From an uncultured Gammaproteobacteria bacterium (GTDB lineage Bacteria; Patescibacteriota; Microgenomatia; Daviesbacterales; UBA10151), in assembly GCA_964523905.1 (NCBI GenBank), contig CAZFYQ010000002.1:2177-66176 (forward strand): 64,000 bases of DNA, read 5' to 3'. The stretch's first letter is position 1, and every line of letters starts with the position of its first letter. A model generated the notes under the pieces. It ran no database searches, was not told the DNA's origin, and saw nothing but the letters and a program-made list of their open reading frames with translations. A program made the translations under genes and the position numbers. Of the stretch, positions 26,887 through 37,706 are shown one piece after another.

Positions 26887-29800
26887 AAACAAAATCAAAG
26901 AGTAAATCAATATCACAAATCGTTACAATGCCCAGGGTTAATGGACAAAGAAAAACTAATGGTCATAACGATGAAAGAACTTTTGAAACCAGGTTTACGC
27001 CCCGCTATAAAAAAATGCCAGCTTTGCCTCAGGGTTTACCAGAGCCATCATTTTCTGAATCTTCCAATAAAATTTTAATTGAAAGATATTTGTTAAAAGG
27101 CGGTAATTTGGAAGTGGTAGAAACCGTGGCTGAAAGGTTTTGGCATATAGCCTATGACATTGCCTCCGGTGATATGGATTTTGGTGCCTCTGAAAAAGAT
27201 GTCACAGAACTTGCCAAAGGGTTTTTCTCTGTGATGGTTAATCAACAATTTTTACCTAACTCCCCCACCATCATGAATGCTGGAAAGCAAAATGGTTTGC
27301 AATATTCCGCTTGTTTTGTGTTGCCGGTGGGGGATTCTTTGCCGGAGATTTTTGACTCTGTTAAATATGCTGCTTTAATTCATCAAACCGGTGGCGGAAC
27401 CGGTTTTGCATTTTCCAGGCTTCGCGCAGCCGGTTCTATTGTAAATACCACTGGTGGTGTGGCTTCCGGGCCAGTATCATTCCTGCGGGTGTTTAATGCT
27501 GCTACTGAATCTATTAAACAAGGTGGCACCAGAAGAGGAGCTAATATGGGAATTTTGCGGGTGGATCATCCGGATGTAATGGAATTTATCCGCTGTAAAG
27601 CAGAGCTGGATGATTTAAATAAACCAGTTTATGAAGGAGTGGCACCATTACTTGCCGATGACAGCGCCAGAAGCTATTTTAAGACGCTTTTGTTGGATAA
27701 ACAAATTGCCAACTTTAATATTTCCGTGGCCATTACTGATAAGTTCATGAAAGCTTTGCAAACTGATGGCGATTTTGATTTGATTGCTCCTCATGATGGC
27801 TCAGTAGTGGGACAGTTAAATGCTAAGGCAGTGTTTGATGAGATTATTGAACGGGCTTGGGCAACCGGAGACCCGGGATTGATTTTTATTGACCGCATTA
27901 ATAACTCCCCTGCCAACCCGGTACCATCTTTGGAAACCATTGAATCCACTAATCCTTGTGTTACTGGAGATACTTTAGTTGCAACAGATAATGGATGGCA
28001 ACGTGCAGATAGTATTAAAATAGGTGATAGAATCAGCACTGTATTAGGCAGTGGTGAAGTAGATCAGGTAGAAGTATATGAGGATCGCTCTGTTTTTAAA
28101 GTAAAATTTTCTGATGGTGCAGAAATAAGAGCAACGGCCGCCCACCAATTTCATGCTATTGTTCATGAGCAGAGAACCAAAAATTCAGCCAATAAACAAT
28201 TTTCCCCAATAAAACTCGAGGATTTAAAGGTAGGAGATATGGTGAGGATAGCACCTGCCATTATGCCTGATAATGCTGTTTCTGATCTACCTACGGGATG
28301 GACAGAAAGAGAATATGGTTTTTTTGTCGGAGTGCTTTTAGGGGATGGTTGTATTACTGAAAAAACCTTAACAAGAAATGTAGTAAAGGTAGCAGTAAAC
28401 ACTAATGAAAAGGAATGGACTGAAATCATTAAGAATGTTTTACACAAGGCGGGTTCAAAGGTAGTAAACCTTGATCGTAGCGCTGGTTTTTCTGCTAATT
28501 TAACAGTACAAAATGCCGGGGGTGCAGCAATGTTGGTTAGAAACTCTTTTTTGAAACCTGCCTATTCTTACGAGAAAAGTATACCTTTAGAATACCAGAA
28601 TACTAACAGACAGTTTTTATCAGGACTTTTAGATGGACTTTATTCAACAGACGGAAATGTAAATTTAACCAGTACACATCCTTTTTTAAGATTAAAAACT
28701 ACTAGTAAAAAACTAGCTCAAGATTTACGCAGAATTTTATTATCTTTTGGTATTCATGGAAGAATAGTTACTATTAAAAAGGTTGCTGATAGTCATATAG
28801 GAGATAGAATAATCACCGCGAAACATATTCAATATGAAGTGATAGTTTCTGGATCAAGCATGAAAACTTTTGCTCAACAAATTACTCTTTCTCATCCTGA
28901 TAAACAAAAAAGAATACAGCGGGCTCAGCTGACTTTTGCTTTAACGGGTAACACTTGGTTATCACAAATTACCTCCATTGAACCAGATGGTATAGAAAAA
29001 GTATACGATTTGCATGAACCAGTTTCAGATACCTGGTTAACAGAGGGTGTAGTTAGCCGTGGATGTGGCGAGCAACCATTGGCTCCTTGGGATGCATGTA
29101 ATTTGGGATCAATTAATTTGGGTAAATTTGTCTTGGCTGATGGATCAGATGTAGATTGGGAAGGATTAAAATCAGTCACTCACCAGGCAGTGCACTTTTT
29201 GGATAATGTAGTGCAAACCAATCCGTATACTTTAAAGCCAATTTATGATGAAGTTCACAACAACCGCCGAATTGGTTTAGGGGTAATGGGTTGGGCAGAT
29301 ATGCTGTTTTTACTGCAAATTCCCTATGATTCTGAGGAAGCTTTGGAACTAGGAGAAAAAGTGATGAAATTTATTAATGATGAAGGTCATATGGAATCTG
29401 AAGACCTAGCTAGCAAAAGAGGACCCTTCCCTAACTGGATAAACTCAATTTATGCCCAAAAAGGTCATAAATCCTTTAAAGCCAGACCAGATGGATCCTT
29501 TGCCTTTGAAGGTGGTCGGCCAATTAGAAATTCTACCGTCACTACCATTGCACCAACAGGGACAATTTCGATTATTGGTGATTGTTCATCGGGAATTGAG
29601 CCGGTCTTTGCTTTGGCTTATATTCACCGCGCTAAAAAAGCCGGGGATGAAATGCGATATTTAACTATTGCTAATAAAACCTTTGATCAAATTGCCAAAA
29701 GAGAAGGTTTTTGGTCACCGGATTTAGCTCAAAAAGTAATGGATAATGGATCTGTGTTTGGTTTGGATGATGTGCCTCAAAACTGGCAGAAAGTGTTTAC

Positions 29801-30641
29801 TACTGCCCCGCAAATTTCTCCGGATTATCATGTCAGGATGCAGGCCGCTTTTCAAAGATATACTGATAATGGAGTTTCCAAAACCATTAATTTGCCAAAC
29901 TGGGCCACCCGTGATGATGTTAGAAATGCTTACCTTTCTGCTTGGGATACTGGTTGTAATGGTATTACCATTTATAGAGATGGTAGTAAAACCACTCAGG
30001 TATTAAATGTTTCTTCTACTTTAAAACCAGCTCAAGTGGCTGCTGAGGAAGTGCCAGTCGCTGCCAGGCCAATGATTTTACGGGGTCGCACTTATAAAAT
30101 TACTACCCCGGTGGGAGAAGCATTTATTACTATTAATCGAGATGAAGGGGATCAGCCATTTGAAGTATTTATTACGGTTGGAAAGGGTGGCATGCACACT
30201 ATGGCTGATGCTGAGGCCATGGGAAGACTCGTATCTTTGTCTTTAAGACTTTCTCGCGCCGGAGGAGAAAGTACTGCTAAAGAAATTGCAGGGAAGATTG
30301 CTGAGCAGCTGCGGGGAATTGGTGGATCATCTCATGTTGGATTTGGTAAAAACAGGGTGATGAGTTTGGCCGATGCGATTGCCAAGGTTTTATCAGAGGA
30401 TATGGCGGTGGGTATAAATAATGAAGGTTTAGAGAATACTGAACCAATACCTCTAAATTTAACTATGAGTAATGGTGAGCAGAAGTTAGATACTGGAAAT
30501 TTGAAGTTGGAAGATCAAGCTTCTAGCCTCTCGCTTCCAGTTTCTAGCAATGCTGATCTTTGTCCAGAATGTGGCTCCGCTACTTTCGTAATGGAAGAGG
30601 GCTGTAAGAAATGTCATAGCTGTGGGTACAGTATGTGCTAA
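26883..30641 (+). CDS. nrdJ: Class II (adenosylcobalamin-dependent) ribonucleotide reductase NrdJ, interrupted by an in-frame intein
   Basis: The NPCGEQPL active-site motif is split as ..STNP | intein | CGEQPL.., with a C-terminal CxxC..CxxC zinc ribbon. The ATG overlaps the nrdR stop (ATGA). Confidence 0.9.
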   Translation: MKTKSKSKSISQIVTMPRVNGQRKTNGHNDERTFETRFTPRYKKMPALPQGLPEPSFSESSNKILIERYLLKGGNLEVVETVAERFWHIAYDIASGDMDFGASEKDVTELAKGFFSVMVNQQFLPNSPTIMNAGKQNGLQYSACFVLPVGDSLPEIFDSVKYAALIHQTGGGTGFAFSRLRAAGSIVNTTGGVASGPVSFLRVFNAATESIKQGGTRRGANMGILRVDHPDVMEFIRCKAELDDLNKPVYEGVAPLLADDSARSYFKTLLLDKQIANFNISVAITDKFMKALQTDGDFDLIAPHDGSVVGQLNAKAVFDEIIERAWATGDPGLIFIDRINNSPANPVPSLETIESTNPCVTGDTLVATDNGWQRADSIKIGDRISTVLGSGEVDQVEVYEDRSVFKVKFSDGAEIRATAAHQFHAIVHEQRTKNSANKQFSPIKLEDLKVGDMVRIAPAIMPDNAVSDLPTGWTEREYGFFVGVLLGDGCITEKTLTRNVVKVAVNTNEKEWTEIIKNVLHKAGSKVVNLDRSAGFSANLTVQNAGGAAMLVRNSFLKPAYSYEKSIPLEYQNTNRQFLSGLLDGLYSTDGNVNLTSTHPFLRLKTTSKKLAQDLRRILLSFGIHGRIVTIKKVADSHIGDRIITAKHIQYEVIVSGSSMKTFAQQITLSHPDKQKRIQRAQLTFALTGNTWLSQITSIEPDGIEKVYDLHEPVSDTWLTEGVVSRGCGEQPLAPWDACNLGSINLGKFVLADGSDVDWEGLKSVTHQAVHFLDNVVQTNPYTLKPIYDEVHNNRRIGLGVMGWADMLFLLQIPYDSEEALELGEKVMKFINDEGHMESEDLASKRGPFPNWINSIYAQKGHKSFKARPDGSFAFEGGRPIRNSTVTTIAPTGTISIIGDCSSGIEPVFALAYIHRAKKAGDEMRYLTIANKTFDQIAKREGFWSPDLAQKVMDNGSVFGLDDVPQNWQKVFTTAPQISPDYHVRMQAAFQRYTDNGVSKTINLPNWATRDDVRNAYLSAWDTGCNGITIYRDGSKTTQVLNVSSTLKPAQVAAEEVPVAARPMILRGRTYKITTPVGEAFITINRDEGDQPFEVFITVGKGGMHTMADAEAMGRLVSLSLRLSRAGGESTAKEIAGKIAEQLRGIGGSSHVGFGKNRVMSLADAIAKVLSEDMAVGINNEGLENTEPIPLNLTMSNGEQKLDTGNLKLEDQASSLSLPVSSNADLCPECGSATFVMEEGCKKCHSCGYSMC
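27957..29063 (+). mobile_element. Intein with LAGLIDADG homing-endonuclease domain inside nrdJ (369 aa)
   Basis: Block A CVTGDTLV, block B RATAAHQF, LAGLIDADG blocks YGFFVGVLLGDGCI and FLSGLLDGLYSTDGNV, and block F/G-like KVYDLHEPVSDTWLTEGVVSRG followed by the extein Cys. Confidence 0.85.
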
Positions 30642-30649
30642 CATTTCTT
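30604..30649 (+). other. Hairpin 1 spanning nrdJ last codons and stop (9-bp stem aagaaatgt/acatttctt)
   Basis: Perfect inverted repeat enclosing the codons for HSCGYSMC and the stop. Confidence 0.6.
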
Positions 30650-30662
30650 GCGACCTGCGGTC

Positions 30663-30710
30663 TTAAAAAGTGCCACAGTTGCGGCTACTCAATGTGCTAG
30701 GCACTTTTTG
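30663..30710 (+). terminator. Hairpin 2 (10-bp stem aaaaagtgcc/ggcacttttt + T-run), probable intrinsic terminator; encodes a recoded copy of KKCHSCGYSMC*
   Basis: Perfect 10-bp stem followed by tttttg. The loop and stem read K K C H S C G Y S M C stop in the -1 frame relative to nrdJ. Confidence 0.6.
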
Positions 30711-30775
30711 CGCTAGCTCCACAACTTTACCTTGCTTATTAAAATTATTTGTAATACGATTTAAGAACTTATCAC

Positions 30776-31270
30776 ATGAAACCGGAAAATAATTCTCTTT
30801 GGGAAGGTTTTGAGCATATATTGTTGTTTATTAGCTTAGGTGTAATGGCAACTTCTTTAGGACTGATCCTCCATTTTTTCGTAGATAAATGGTATCCGGG
30901 TACTCCTACAGGAATAGCTTCCTATATAGGATCAGCTCTTCTTTATCAGGCCCCTTTACTTAGAGGATATCTTGCGGGTTTAATAGTTTCCTATCCTTTA
31001 TTTTCTTTCTTTTTCTTAAGAACTGTAAATAGAATAAGGAAGAATCCAGAATTAAAACATTTGCATTCCAGAAAAATTCTAATTTATGCTACTTTGGTTA
31101 TTACATTCTTAATAGTAATTATTAACACTATCTCATTAGTTTATGGTTTTTTAGGCGGCAATGTAACCTACAATTTTGTCCTTCATTTTTTGGTAACAGT
31201 AGGAATTAGCGGGATCATATTTGGTTATTATTTAAATGAAGTCAGAGGGGAGATAGGTACCCATGTATAA
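30776..31270 (+). CDS. Membrane protein (164 aa, 4 predicted TM helices)
   Basis: Hydrophobic helices; no motif recognised. Confidence 0.5.
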   Translation: MKPENNSLWEGFEHILLFISLGVMATSLGLILHFFVDKWYPGTPTGIASYIGSALLYQAPLLRGYLAGLIVSYPLFSFFFLRTVNRIRKNPELKHLHSRKILIYATLVITFLIVIINTISLVYGFLGGNVTYNFVLHFLVTVGISGIIFGYYLNEVRGEIGTHV

Positions 31271-31865
31271 ATACATAGTTTTCATAATTCTACTGGGAGT
31301 ATTGGTTGCTGGAATAAGTTATGAAACTTTGAAAATTACTGGAAATCCTATTTCTCAACAGGCAATAGCATCGGATAACTCAAAATTATTAGACTTTAGT
31401 CTAATACAGTCTGCTGTAGAACATTATTATCAGGATAAAAAGAAATTACCGGATAATTTATCCGTCGTTAAAGATCAACTAACCCTAAAAGATCCTAAAG
31501 TACTACAGGACTATAAGTATGAAATAGCCTCGGATTCTGCCTATAAACTTTGTGCGGAATTTTCAACCGATTCTACAAAGACTCAAAATGATTCATCGGT
31601 TTACTACCTCGCTCCCTTAAAAACTCATAAAAAGGGATTTGATTGTATAACTTATGATTTGCCTGTTTACTTACTCCCCAGTCCTACCTCTCAACCAATT
31701 CCTACTTCAATACCCGCTAATTGCCGAAATTTTGATGGAAACCTAGATGCCTGTGATTCACATGGGATAGCTAGCCTAGTCGGGGGAGGAAATTGTGCTT
31801 ATTATTTATGTTCAAATCAATGTTGGCCAAAAGGTACTCCTAATAGCGTTGCATGTCCGAAATAA
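31263..31865 (+). CDS. Secreted/membrane-anchored cysteine-rich protein (200 aa)
   Basis: N-terminal hydrophobic helix and multiple C-terminal Cys residues. It overlaps the upstream gene by 8 nt. Confidence 0.5.
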   Translation: MYKYIVFIILLGVLVAGISYETLKITGNPISQQAIASDNSKLLDFSLIQSAVEHYYQDKKKLPDNLSVVKDQLTLKDPKVLQDYKYEIASDSAYKLCAEFSTDSTKTQNDSSVYYLAPLKTHKKGFDCITYDLPVYLLPSPTSQPIPTSIPANCRNFDGNLDACDSHGIASLVGGGNCAYYLCSNQCWPKGTPNSVACPK

Positions 31866-31893
31866 GTATTATTTAGGATTCACACTCAAAATA

Positions 31894-32574
31894 TTAATAC
31901 ACTAGAGGTAAGGATTTTAAGAATTCAATCTTTTTTTTAGCCTGTTCGATAAAATCTTTATCATTTTGATCGTGAGTGACTAACTCATTTTTCGCTACTT
32001 CCAAAGTATCCCCTAGTGCAATTGTTATATGTACCCGGTAGTTATCATATTGACCAGAAGGTATTCCACCGTTTTTATAAACTGGCTGTGCGGTGGCGAT
32101 TGCAATAGCAGATATTCCCATTCTATTTTCTGATTGATCAAAAATTTGACCATAAGGATAATAAGGTCCAACGGGAGTTGGATGTAAATTGGCAGCCCGT
32201 ATTTTACCGTTATCTCTGACTATTTTGTAGCTTATTGGTGCACGATCTCCCAAGGCTCTTAGAGGGTTTAGATATCTGCTAGTTCGCAAAAAATGACGTT
32301 CTTCATCTAGATCAGGGATTCTTGAATACAGCATAAGTTCCATTTGAGGAGGCTTTGGTGCCGGTGCAGCCCGAAAAGCCACCACAATCCAATTGGGGTT
32401 GCCTATTCTGTCATGACCCATCCATTCTTCGATATCACTAATTACGTCTTTACTATGATCAGGTAAGCAACTTAACTGGTCTGTCCACCCAGGCTTTGCC
32501 TTATAAGGAGTAACTAGTATTCCTTTTCTAACACCTTCCATTCCAAAATCTGAAGTAAGTTCTCGAGTAAGCAT
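31894..32574 (-). CDS. Hypothetical protein (226 aa)
   Basis: ORF with coding-like composition; I could not recognise a family. Confidence 0.5.
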   Translation of the reverse strand: MLTRELTSDFGMEGVRKGILVTPYKAKPGWTDQLSCLPDHSKDVISDIEEWMGHDRIGNPNWIVVAFRAAPAPKPPQMELMLYSRIPDLDEERHFLRTSRYLNPLRALGDRAPISYKIVRDNGKIRAANLHPTPVGPYYPYGQIFDQSENRMGISAIAIATAQPVYKNGGIPSGQYDNYRVHITIALGDTLEVAKNELVTHDQNDKDFIEQAKKKIEFLKSLPLVY

Positions 32575-32633
32575 ACGAAAATTATATAGGATATTTTGAG
32601 CTTGTCAAATTGCGCTTGTGATAAAATCAGCTC

Positions 32634-33167
32634 ATGGATTTGGAAAAAGGGTTGGTAATTTTATACACTGGGGAGGGAAAGGGGAAAACTACAGCGGCTT
32701 TAGGGATCATTCTTCGTGCAGTTGGCTATAAAAAGAAATGTTTAATGGTGCAGTTTGGTAAAGCCTGGTTTACTGGGGAACTAGCTGGTATTAAAAAACT
32801 GGCACCTGATGTCAAAATTATTCAAGGTGGTAAGGGCTTTATAAATTTACTGGGGGATAAAACACCAATTGCCAAACATAAAAAAGCAGCTCAGGAAGCT
32901 TTTGATATATTATATAAGGAAGTTACCTCAGGCAAATGGGATATTGTAGTGGCTGATGAAATTGTTGGTGCTGTGGCTGGCGGAATGGTAAAAGAAACAG
33001 CAGTTTTAAGCCTTATCTCAGAAAAACCCGCTAAACTGGATCTTGTTTTAACCGGCCACCATGCGACTAAGAAGCTGATTAAGACAGCAGATTTAGTAAC
33101 AGAGATGACTGAGATTAAACATCCATATCAAAAAGGAATTTTAGCAAAACAGGGTATTGACTTTTAG
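32634..33167 (+). CDS. cobO: Cob(I)alamin/corrinoid adenosyltransferase (CobA/CobO/BtuR family)
   Basis: The P-loop YTGEGKGKTTAALG is typical of BtuR/CobO, and the size (177 aa) is right. Confidence 0.8.
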   Translation: MDLEKGLVILYTGEGKGKTTAALGIILRAVGYKKKCLMVQFGKAWFTGELAGIKKLAPDVKIIQGGKGFINLLGDKTPIAKHKKAAQEAFDILYKEVTSGKWDIVVADEIVGAVAGGMVKETAVLSLISEKPAKLDLVLTGHHATKKLIKTADLVTEMTEIKHPYQKGILAKQGIDF

Positions 33168-33205
33168 CACTCAGACTGGTATATTGCTAATTAACGTAAA
33201 AATTT

Positions 33206-35632
33206 ATGGCCGATTTCATTAAACCAACCATACCTTCTTCACCAGTAGCTCTAAAACCTACTATGCCTGTGGGACCACTTCGAGATACAGTTATTTTTCC
33301 AGGAAACTCAGTACCAATTATTTCCGGTCGACCAAAATCCAAAGCTGCAATAGAATTAGCCTGGAATTCTGATAAATTAATTGTTTTTGTCACCCAAAAA
33401 AATTCCCGCATTGAAGACCCCACTGATAAAGACCTCTACAGGGTTGGTACTGTTTGTTTAATCCGTCGGGTGGTTAAAAATCCGGAAGGTGATTATACTT
33501 TGCAGGCTGAAGGTATTTCCCGGGTATTTTTGAAAAACTTTAACCAAGCAGATCCATATTTGGAAGCAGAAATTGAAGAAATCCCCGAACTTTATGAAAG
33601 AAATGAACAAACTGAGGCTTTAATTAGAACTGTCAGAGAACAGGTCAAGCGCTTTTTAGAACTGGGTGGTAATCCTTTCTTTGACCAAAGCAATTTTGCC
33701 AACTGGTCTTTATTTACTTACTCTGATGATCCTAATCAACTGGTCAATTCTGTCACTCAATCAATTGACTTTAAAACCATCGACAAACAACAAATCCTGG
33801 AAATGGTCTCAGCAGTTGATCGTTTGCAACGTTTAACTGAGCTGTTAGCCAAAGAAATCCGCATTATGGAAATTTCCCAGAAAATTTCCTCACAAACTCA
33901 TGAGCGGGTTTCCAAAATGACCAAGGAAGCCATTTTGCGGGAGCAAATGAAAAGCATTGAAGAAGAATTAGGCGGAGCAGATTCTGAACACCAGGAAATC
34001 CATGAATTTGAAGAAAAGATCAAGCGGGCTGGTATGCCTAAAGAAGTATTGGATAAAGCTAAAAAAGAGCTCTCACGCTTGGCCAAGATGTCCACTTACA
34101 ATCCGGAAGCTGGTTATATTAGAAATTATCTGGAATGGTTAACAGATCTTCCCTGGAAACTGGATACTTCCGGTAAAATTGACCTGAAAAAAGCCGAGGA
34201 AATTTTAGATGAAGATCACTATGGTTTAAAAAAGGTCAAAGAAAGAATTGTCGAATATTTAGCAGTGCATAAACTGTCCGGAAAAATGCGCGGACCAATT
34301 CTTTGTTTTGTGGGTCCTCCGGGTGTTGGTAAAACCTCCATTGGTAAATCAATTGCCAGAGCATTGGATAGAAAATTCATCAAAGTTTCTCTGGGAGGAA
34401 TCAGGGATGAGGCAGAAATTAGGGGACACAGGAGAACCTATGTTGGTTCCATGCCAGGACGTATTATCCAAGGGATTAAACAAGCAGAGGCTACCAATCC
34501 GGTGTTTATGTTAGATGAAATTGATAAGATCGGTGCTGATTACCGCGGGGATCCCTCTGCTGCACTTTTGGAAGCCTTGGATCCGGAACAAAATGAAAAC
34601 TTTTCCGATCATTATTTGGAAGTGCCCTATGACCTGTCAAATGTGATGTTTATAACAACTGCCAATATTTTGGATACTATTCCCCCGGCTCTTAGAGACC
34701 GTTTAGAGATTATCCGTTACCCGGGTTATACCGAAGATGAGAAATTCCATATTGCCAAAAATTTCTTAATCCCCAAACAAGTAGAAAATCATGGTCTAAA
34801 AAAAGAGCAGATTGAATTTACAGATGAAGCTATCCGGGCAGTGATTAGAGAATACACCAGAGAAGCTGGAGTCAGAAGCTTGGAAAGAGAGCTGTCAGCC
34901 ATTATGCGAAAAGTGGCTAGAAAAATCGCTGAATCCAGTGCCAAAGTAGAAAAAGCCTTAATTTCACCGGATGATGTGCACAAAGCCCTGGGGCCAATTA
35001 AATTCCTACCGATTTTGGCAGAAAAAGAAGATGAAATTGGTATGACTACTGGGCTATCCGTGACTGAGGCAGGTGGGGAAGTACTATTTATAGAAGTAAC
35101 TTTAATGCCGGGTAAAGGCAGTCTATTACTGACCGGACAACTGGGAGATGTGATGAAAGAATCCGGACAAGCAGCGATGTCATATGTCAGGTCCAATTGG
35201 CAGCATTTGGGTTTGCCGGAAAAGTTTTTCCAAAAAGTGGATGTCCATGTTCATGTTCCGGAAGGTGCTATACCAAAGGATGGTCCATCAGCTGGTATTA
35301 CTTTAACTACTGCCATTGTCTCAGCTTTTACTAAAATTCCGGTAAGACGCGATGTGGCCATGACCGGAGAAGTTACTTTAAGAGGCAGAGTTTTAGAAAT
35401 TGGTGGATTAAAAGAAAAAGTTTTGGCAGCACATAGAGCTGGTGTTAAGACTATTATTGCTCCGGCTGATAATGAAAAAGATTTGGAAGATTTGCCGGAA
35501 TATGTGGTCAAAGATTTAAACTTTGTCTGGGTCAGACACATGGATGAGGTGTTAAACGTTGCATTAATCCGTCCGCCGCATGCCCAAGCTCCAAAACGTG
35601 TCCAAATGCATCCCCAACCGGCTCTAGCATAA
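33206..35632 (+). CDS. lon: ATP-dependent Lon protease
   Basis: Lon N domain, AAA+ Walker [10 protein letters not shown], and a protease domain with catalytic PKDGPSAG. Confidence 0.9.
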   Translation: MADFIKPTIPSSPVALKPTMPVGPLRDTVIFPGNSVPIISGRPKSKAAIELAWNSDKLIVFVTQKNSRIEDPTDKDLYRVGTVCLIRRVVKNPEGDYTLQAEGISRVFLKNFNQADPYLEAEIEEIPELYERNEQTEALIRTVREQVKRFLELGGNPFFDQSNFANWSLFTYSDDPNQLVNSVTQSIDFKTIDKQQILEMVSAVDRLQRLTELLAKEIRIMEISQKISSQTHERVSKMTKEAILREQMKSIEEELGGADSEHQEIHEFEEKIKRAGMPKEVLDKAKKELSRLAKMSTYNPEAGYIRNYLEWLTDLPWKLDTSGKIDLKKAEEILDEDHYGLKKVKERIVEYLAVHKLSGKMRGPILCFVGPPGVGKTSIGKSIARALDRKFIKVSLGGIRDEAEIRGHRRTYVGSMPGRIIQGIKQAEATNPVFMLDEIDKIGADYRGDPSAALLEALDPEQNENFSDHYLEVPYDLSNVMFITTANILDTIPPALRDRLEIIRYPGYTEDEKFHIAKNFLIPKQVENHGLKKEQIEFTDEAIRAVIREYTREAGVRSLERELSAIMRKVARKIAESSAKVEKALISPDDVHKALGPIKFLPILAEKEDEIGMTTGLSVTEAGGEVLFIEVTLMPGKGSLLLTGQLGDVMKESGQAAMSYVRSNWQHLGLPEKFFQKVDVHVHVPEGAIPKDGPSAGITLTTAIVSAFTKIPVRRDVAMTGEVTLRGRVLEIGGLKEKVLAAHRAGVKTIIAPADNEKDLEDLPEYVVKDLNFVWVRHMDEVLNVALIRPPHAQAPKRVQMHPQPALA

Positions 35633-35696
35633 ATACTTCACCCTTGACGCTTTGGGTCTTCTAGTGTAAATTTGAAGTTACTGCCTCTTATATTTC

Positions 35697-37703
35697 ATGA
35701 ATTTCATTGTAAATAATACTAATTTAATTATCTGGGCCGGAGTGGCGGCCTCGCTTTTGTATGGTCTTTGGCTGATTATCGATATTATGAAACGTCCGGC
35801 CGGGGATGAAAAAATGCAGGAAATTGCCGCTGCTATTCAAGAAGGAGCTGCAGCTTACTTAAAAAGACAATATTCCGTGGTAGCTATCGTGGCCTTGGTC
35901 ATGGCTGTGATTTTATTCTGGGGTTTGGGTAAAAATACCGCCATTGGATTTCTAATTGGAGCAGTGCTGTCTGCTTTGGCCGGCTTTGTGGGAATGAGTG
36001 TGGCTGTTCGCAGTAATGTGCGGGTAGCAGAAGCCGCTAAAAAAGGTTTAGCAGAAGCTTTTTCCCTGGCTTATAAAGGTGGGGCAGTGACTGGATTTAT
36101 TGTGGTTGGCCTGGCACTAGGCTCTGTAATTGGTTTTTATCAATATACTGGCGGAGATTTGAAAGCTTTAGTGGGGCTTGGTTTTGGAGGATCTTTAATT
36201 TCCGTATTCGCCAGACTGGGTGGGGGAATTTTTACCAAAGGCGCTGATGTGGGAGCGGATTTAGTGGGTAAACTGGAAGCAGGAATTCCGGAAGATGATC
36301 CGCGGAATCCAGCTGTAATTGCTGATAATGTGGGAGATAATGTGGGTGATGATGCCGGCATGGCAGCTGATATTTTTGAAACATATGTAGTAACTGCCAT
36401 TGCCGCAATTTTACTTGGGCAACTGCTGTTGCCAGCCTATACCAAAGCCTTACTGTTTCCAGAGGTGTTACTTTCAGCCGGCGTGTTTGCTTCGATTTTA
36501 GGAAGTATTCTAGTTAAAATTTCCGGTAAAAACATCATGGGCGCTTTATACAAAGGTCTTGGCATTGCAGCTGTAGCATCTTTAATTTTGTTTTACCCGG
36601 TAACCCAGGCTTTAATGGGAGATAATGGGCTCTATTCTACTTTAAATCTCTTTCTTTCAGCACTAGTCGGAGTAGTTGTGACTGGGGCCATTTTTTGGAT
36701 TACTGAATACTATACCGGTACCCAGTATAGCCCAGTAGCACACATTGCTGCAGCTTCCAAAACCGGACATGCTACTAATATTATTGCCGGTCTGGCTGTG
36801 TCTATGAAATCAACTTTTTTCCCAGTGCTTTTAATCTCCATGGCTGTGTTAGTTAGTTATTCCTTAGCCGGGTTATATGGAATTGCCATGGCTGCTGTGG
36901 CTATGCTTTCCTTGGCCGCAACAGTGGTGACCATTGATGCTTTTGGACCAATTACTGACAATGCCGGTGGAATTGCTGAGATGGCTAATTTACCGGCTAA
37001 AGTACGGGCAGTGACTGATCCGCTTGATGCAGTGGGAAATACCACTAAAGCAGTTACCAAAGGTTATGCCATTACCTCAGCAGGTCTTGCAGCCTTGGTT
37101 TTGTTTGCTTCATACCAGCAGGAATTTTTAGCTTTGGGTCAGCAATTACAATTTAATTTGGGTGATCCTAAAGTATTAGTAGGACTGCTCTTAGGTGGAT
37201 CCTTACCCTATCTATTTGCCTCTTTTGCTATGGAAGCAGTGGGAAATGCCGGTGCAGCAGTGGTGGAAGAAGTTAGGCGTCAGTTTAGAGAAATTAAAGG
37301 AATTATGGAAGGCACTGCCAAGCCTGATTATGCTCAGTGTGTGGAGATTGTCACCAAAGCCGCTCAAAAAGAAATGTTAGTGCCGGCTATTATTCCGGTT
37401 GCAGCTCCAATTATTGTCGGGCTTTTGCTAGGGCCTGTGGCCTTAGGTGGAATGCTGGTGGGAACAATTGTGACTGGTATTTTTGTAGCAGTTTCCATGA
37501 CTACTGGTGGAGCAGCCTGGGATAATGCTAAAAAGTATATTGAATCCGGAAAATTTGGTGGTAAAGGCTCGGATGCTCACAAAGCTGCCGTGACTGGTGA
37601 CACTGTTGGTGATCCATACAAAGATACCGCTGGCCCTGCTATTAATCCAATGATTAAAGTAGTCAATATTGTGGCGCTTTTATTAGTACCTTTTCTTCAC
37701 TAA
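35697..37703 (+). CDS. hppA: Membrane-bound H+(or Na+)-translocating pyrophosphatase
   Basis: Many TM helices and the [10 protein letters not shown] acidic motif of V-PPases. Confidence 0.9.
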   Translation: MNFIVNNTNLIIWAGVAASLLYGLWLIIDIMKRPAGDEKMQEIAAAIQEGAAAYLKRQYSVVAIVALVMAVILFWGLGKNTAIGFLIGAVLSALAGFVGMSVAVRSNVRVAEAAKKGLAEAFSLAYKGGAVTGFIVVGLALGSVIGFYQYTGGDLKALVGLGFGGSLISVFARLGGGIFTKGADVGADLVGKLEAGIPEDDPRNPAVIADNVGDNVGDDAGMAADIFETYVVTAIAAILLGQLLLPAYTKALLFPEVLLSAGVFASILGSILVKISGKNIMGALYKGLGIAAVASLILFYPVTQALMGDNGLYSTLNLFLSALVGVVVTGAIFWITEYYTGTQYSPVAHIAAASKTGHATNIIAGLAVSMKSTFFPVLLISMAVLVSYSLAGLYGIAMAAVAMLSLAATVVTIDAFGPITDNAGGIAEMANLPAKVRAVTDPLDAVGNTTKAVTKGYAITSAGLAALVLFASYQQEFLALGQQLQFNLGDPKVLVGLLLGGSLPYLFASFAMEAVGNAGAAVVEEVRRQFREIKGIMEGTAKPDYAQCVEIVTKAAQKEMLVPAIIPVAAPIIVGLLLGPVALGGMLVGTIVTGIFVAVSMTTGGAAWDNAKKYIESGKFGGKGSDAHKAAVTGDTVGDPYKDTAGPAINPMIKVVNIVALLLVPFLH

Positions 37704-37706
37704 ATT

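Noticed and set aside
30710-30775. Promoter for the membrane-protein gene after nrdJ
   Set aside because: Candidate hexamers (ttgctt ... taatac) have a 14-nt spacer, which is too weak to call.
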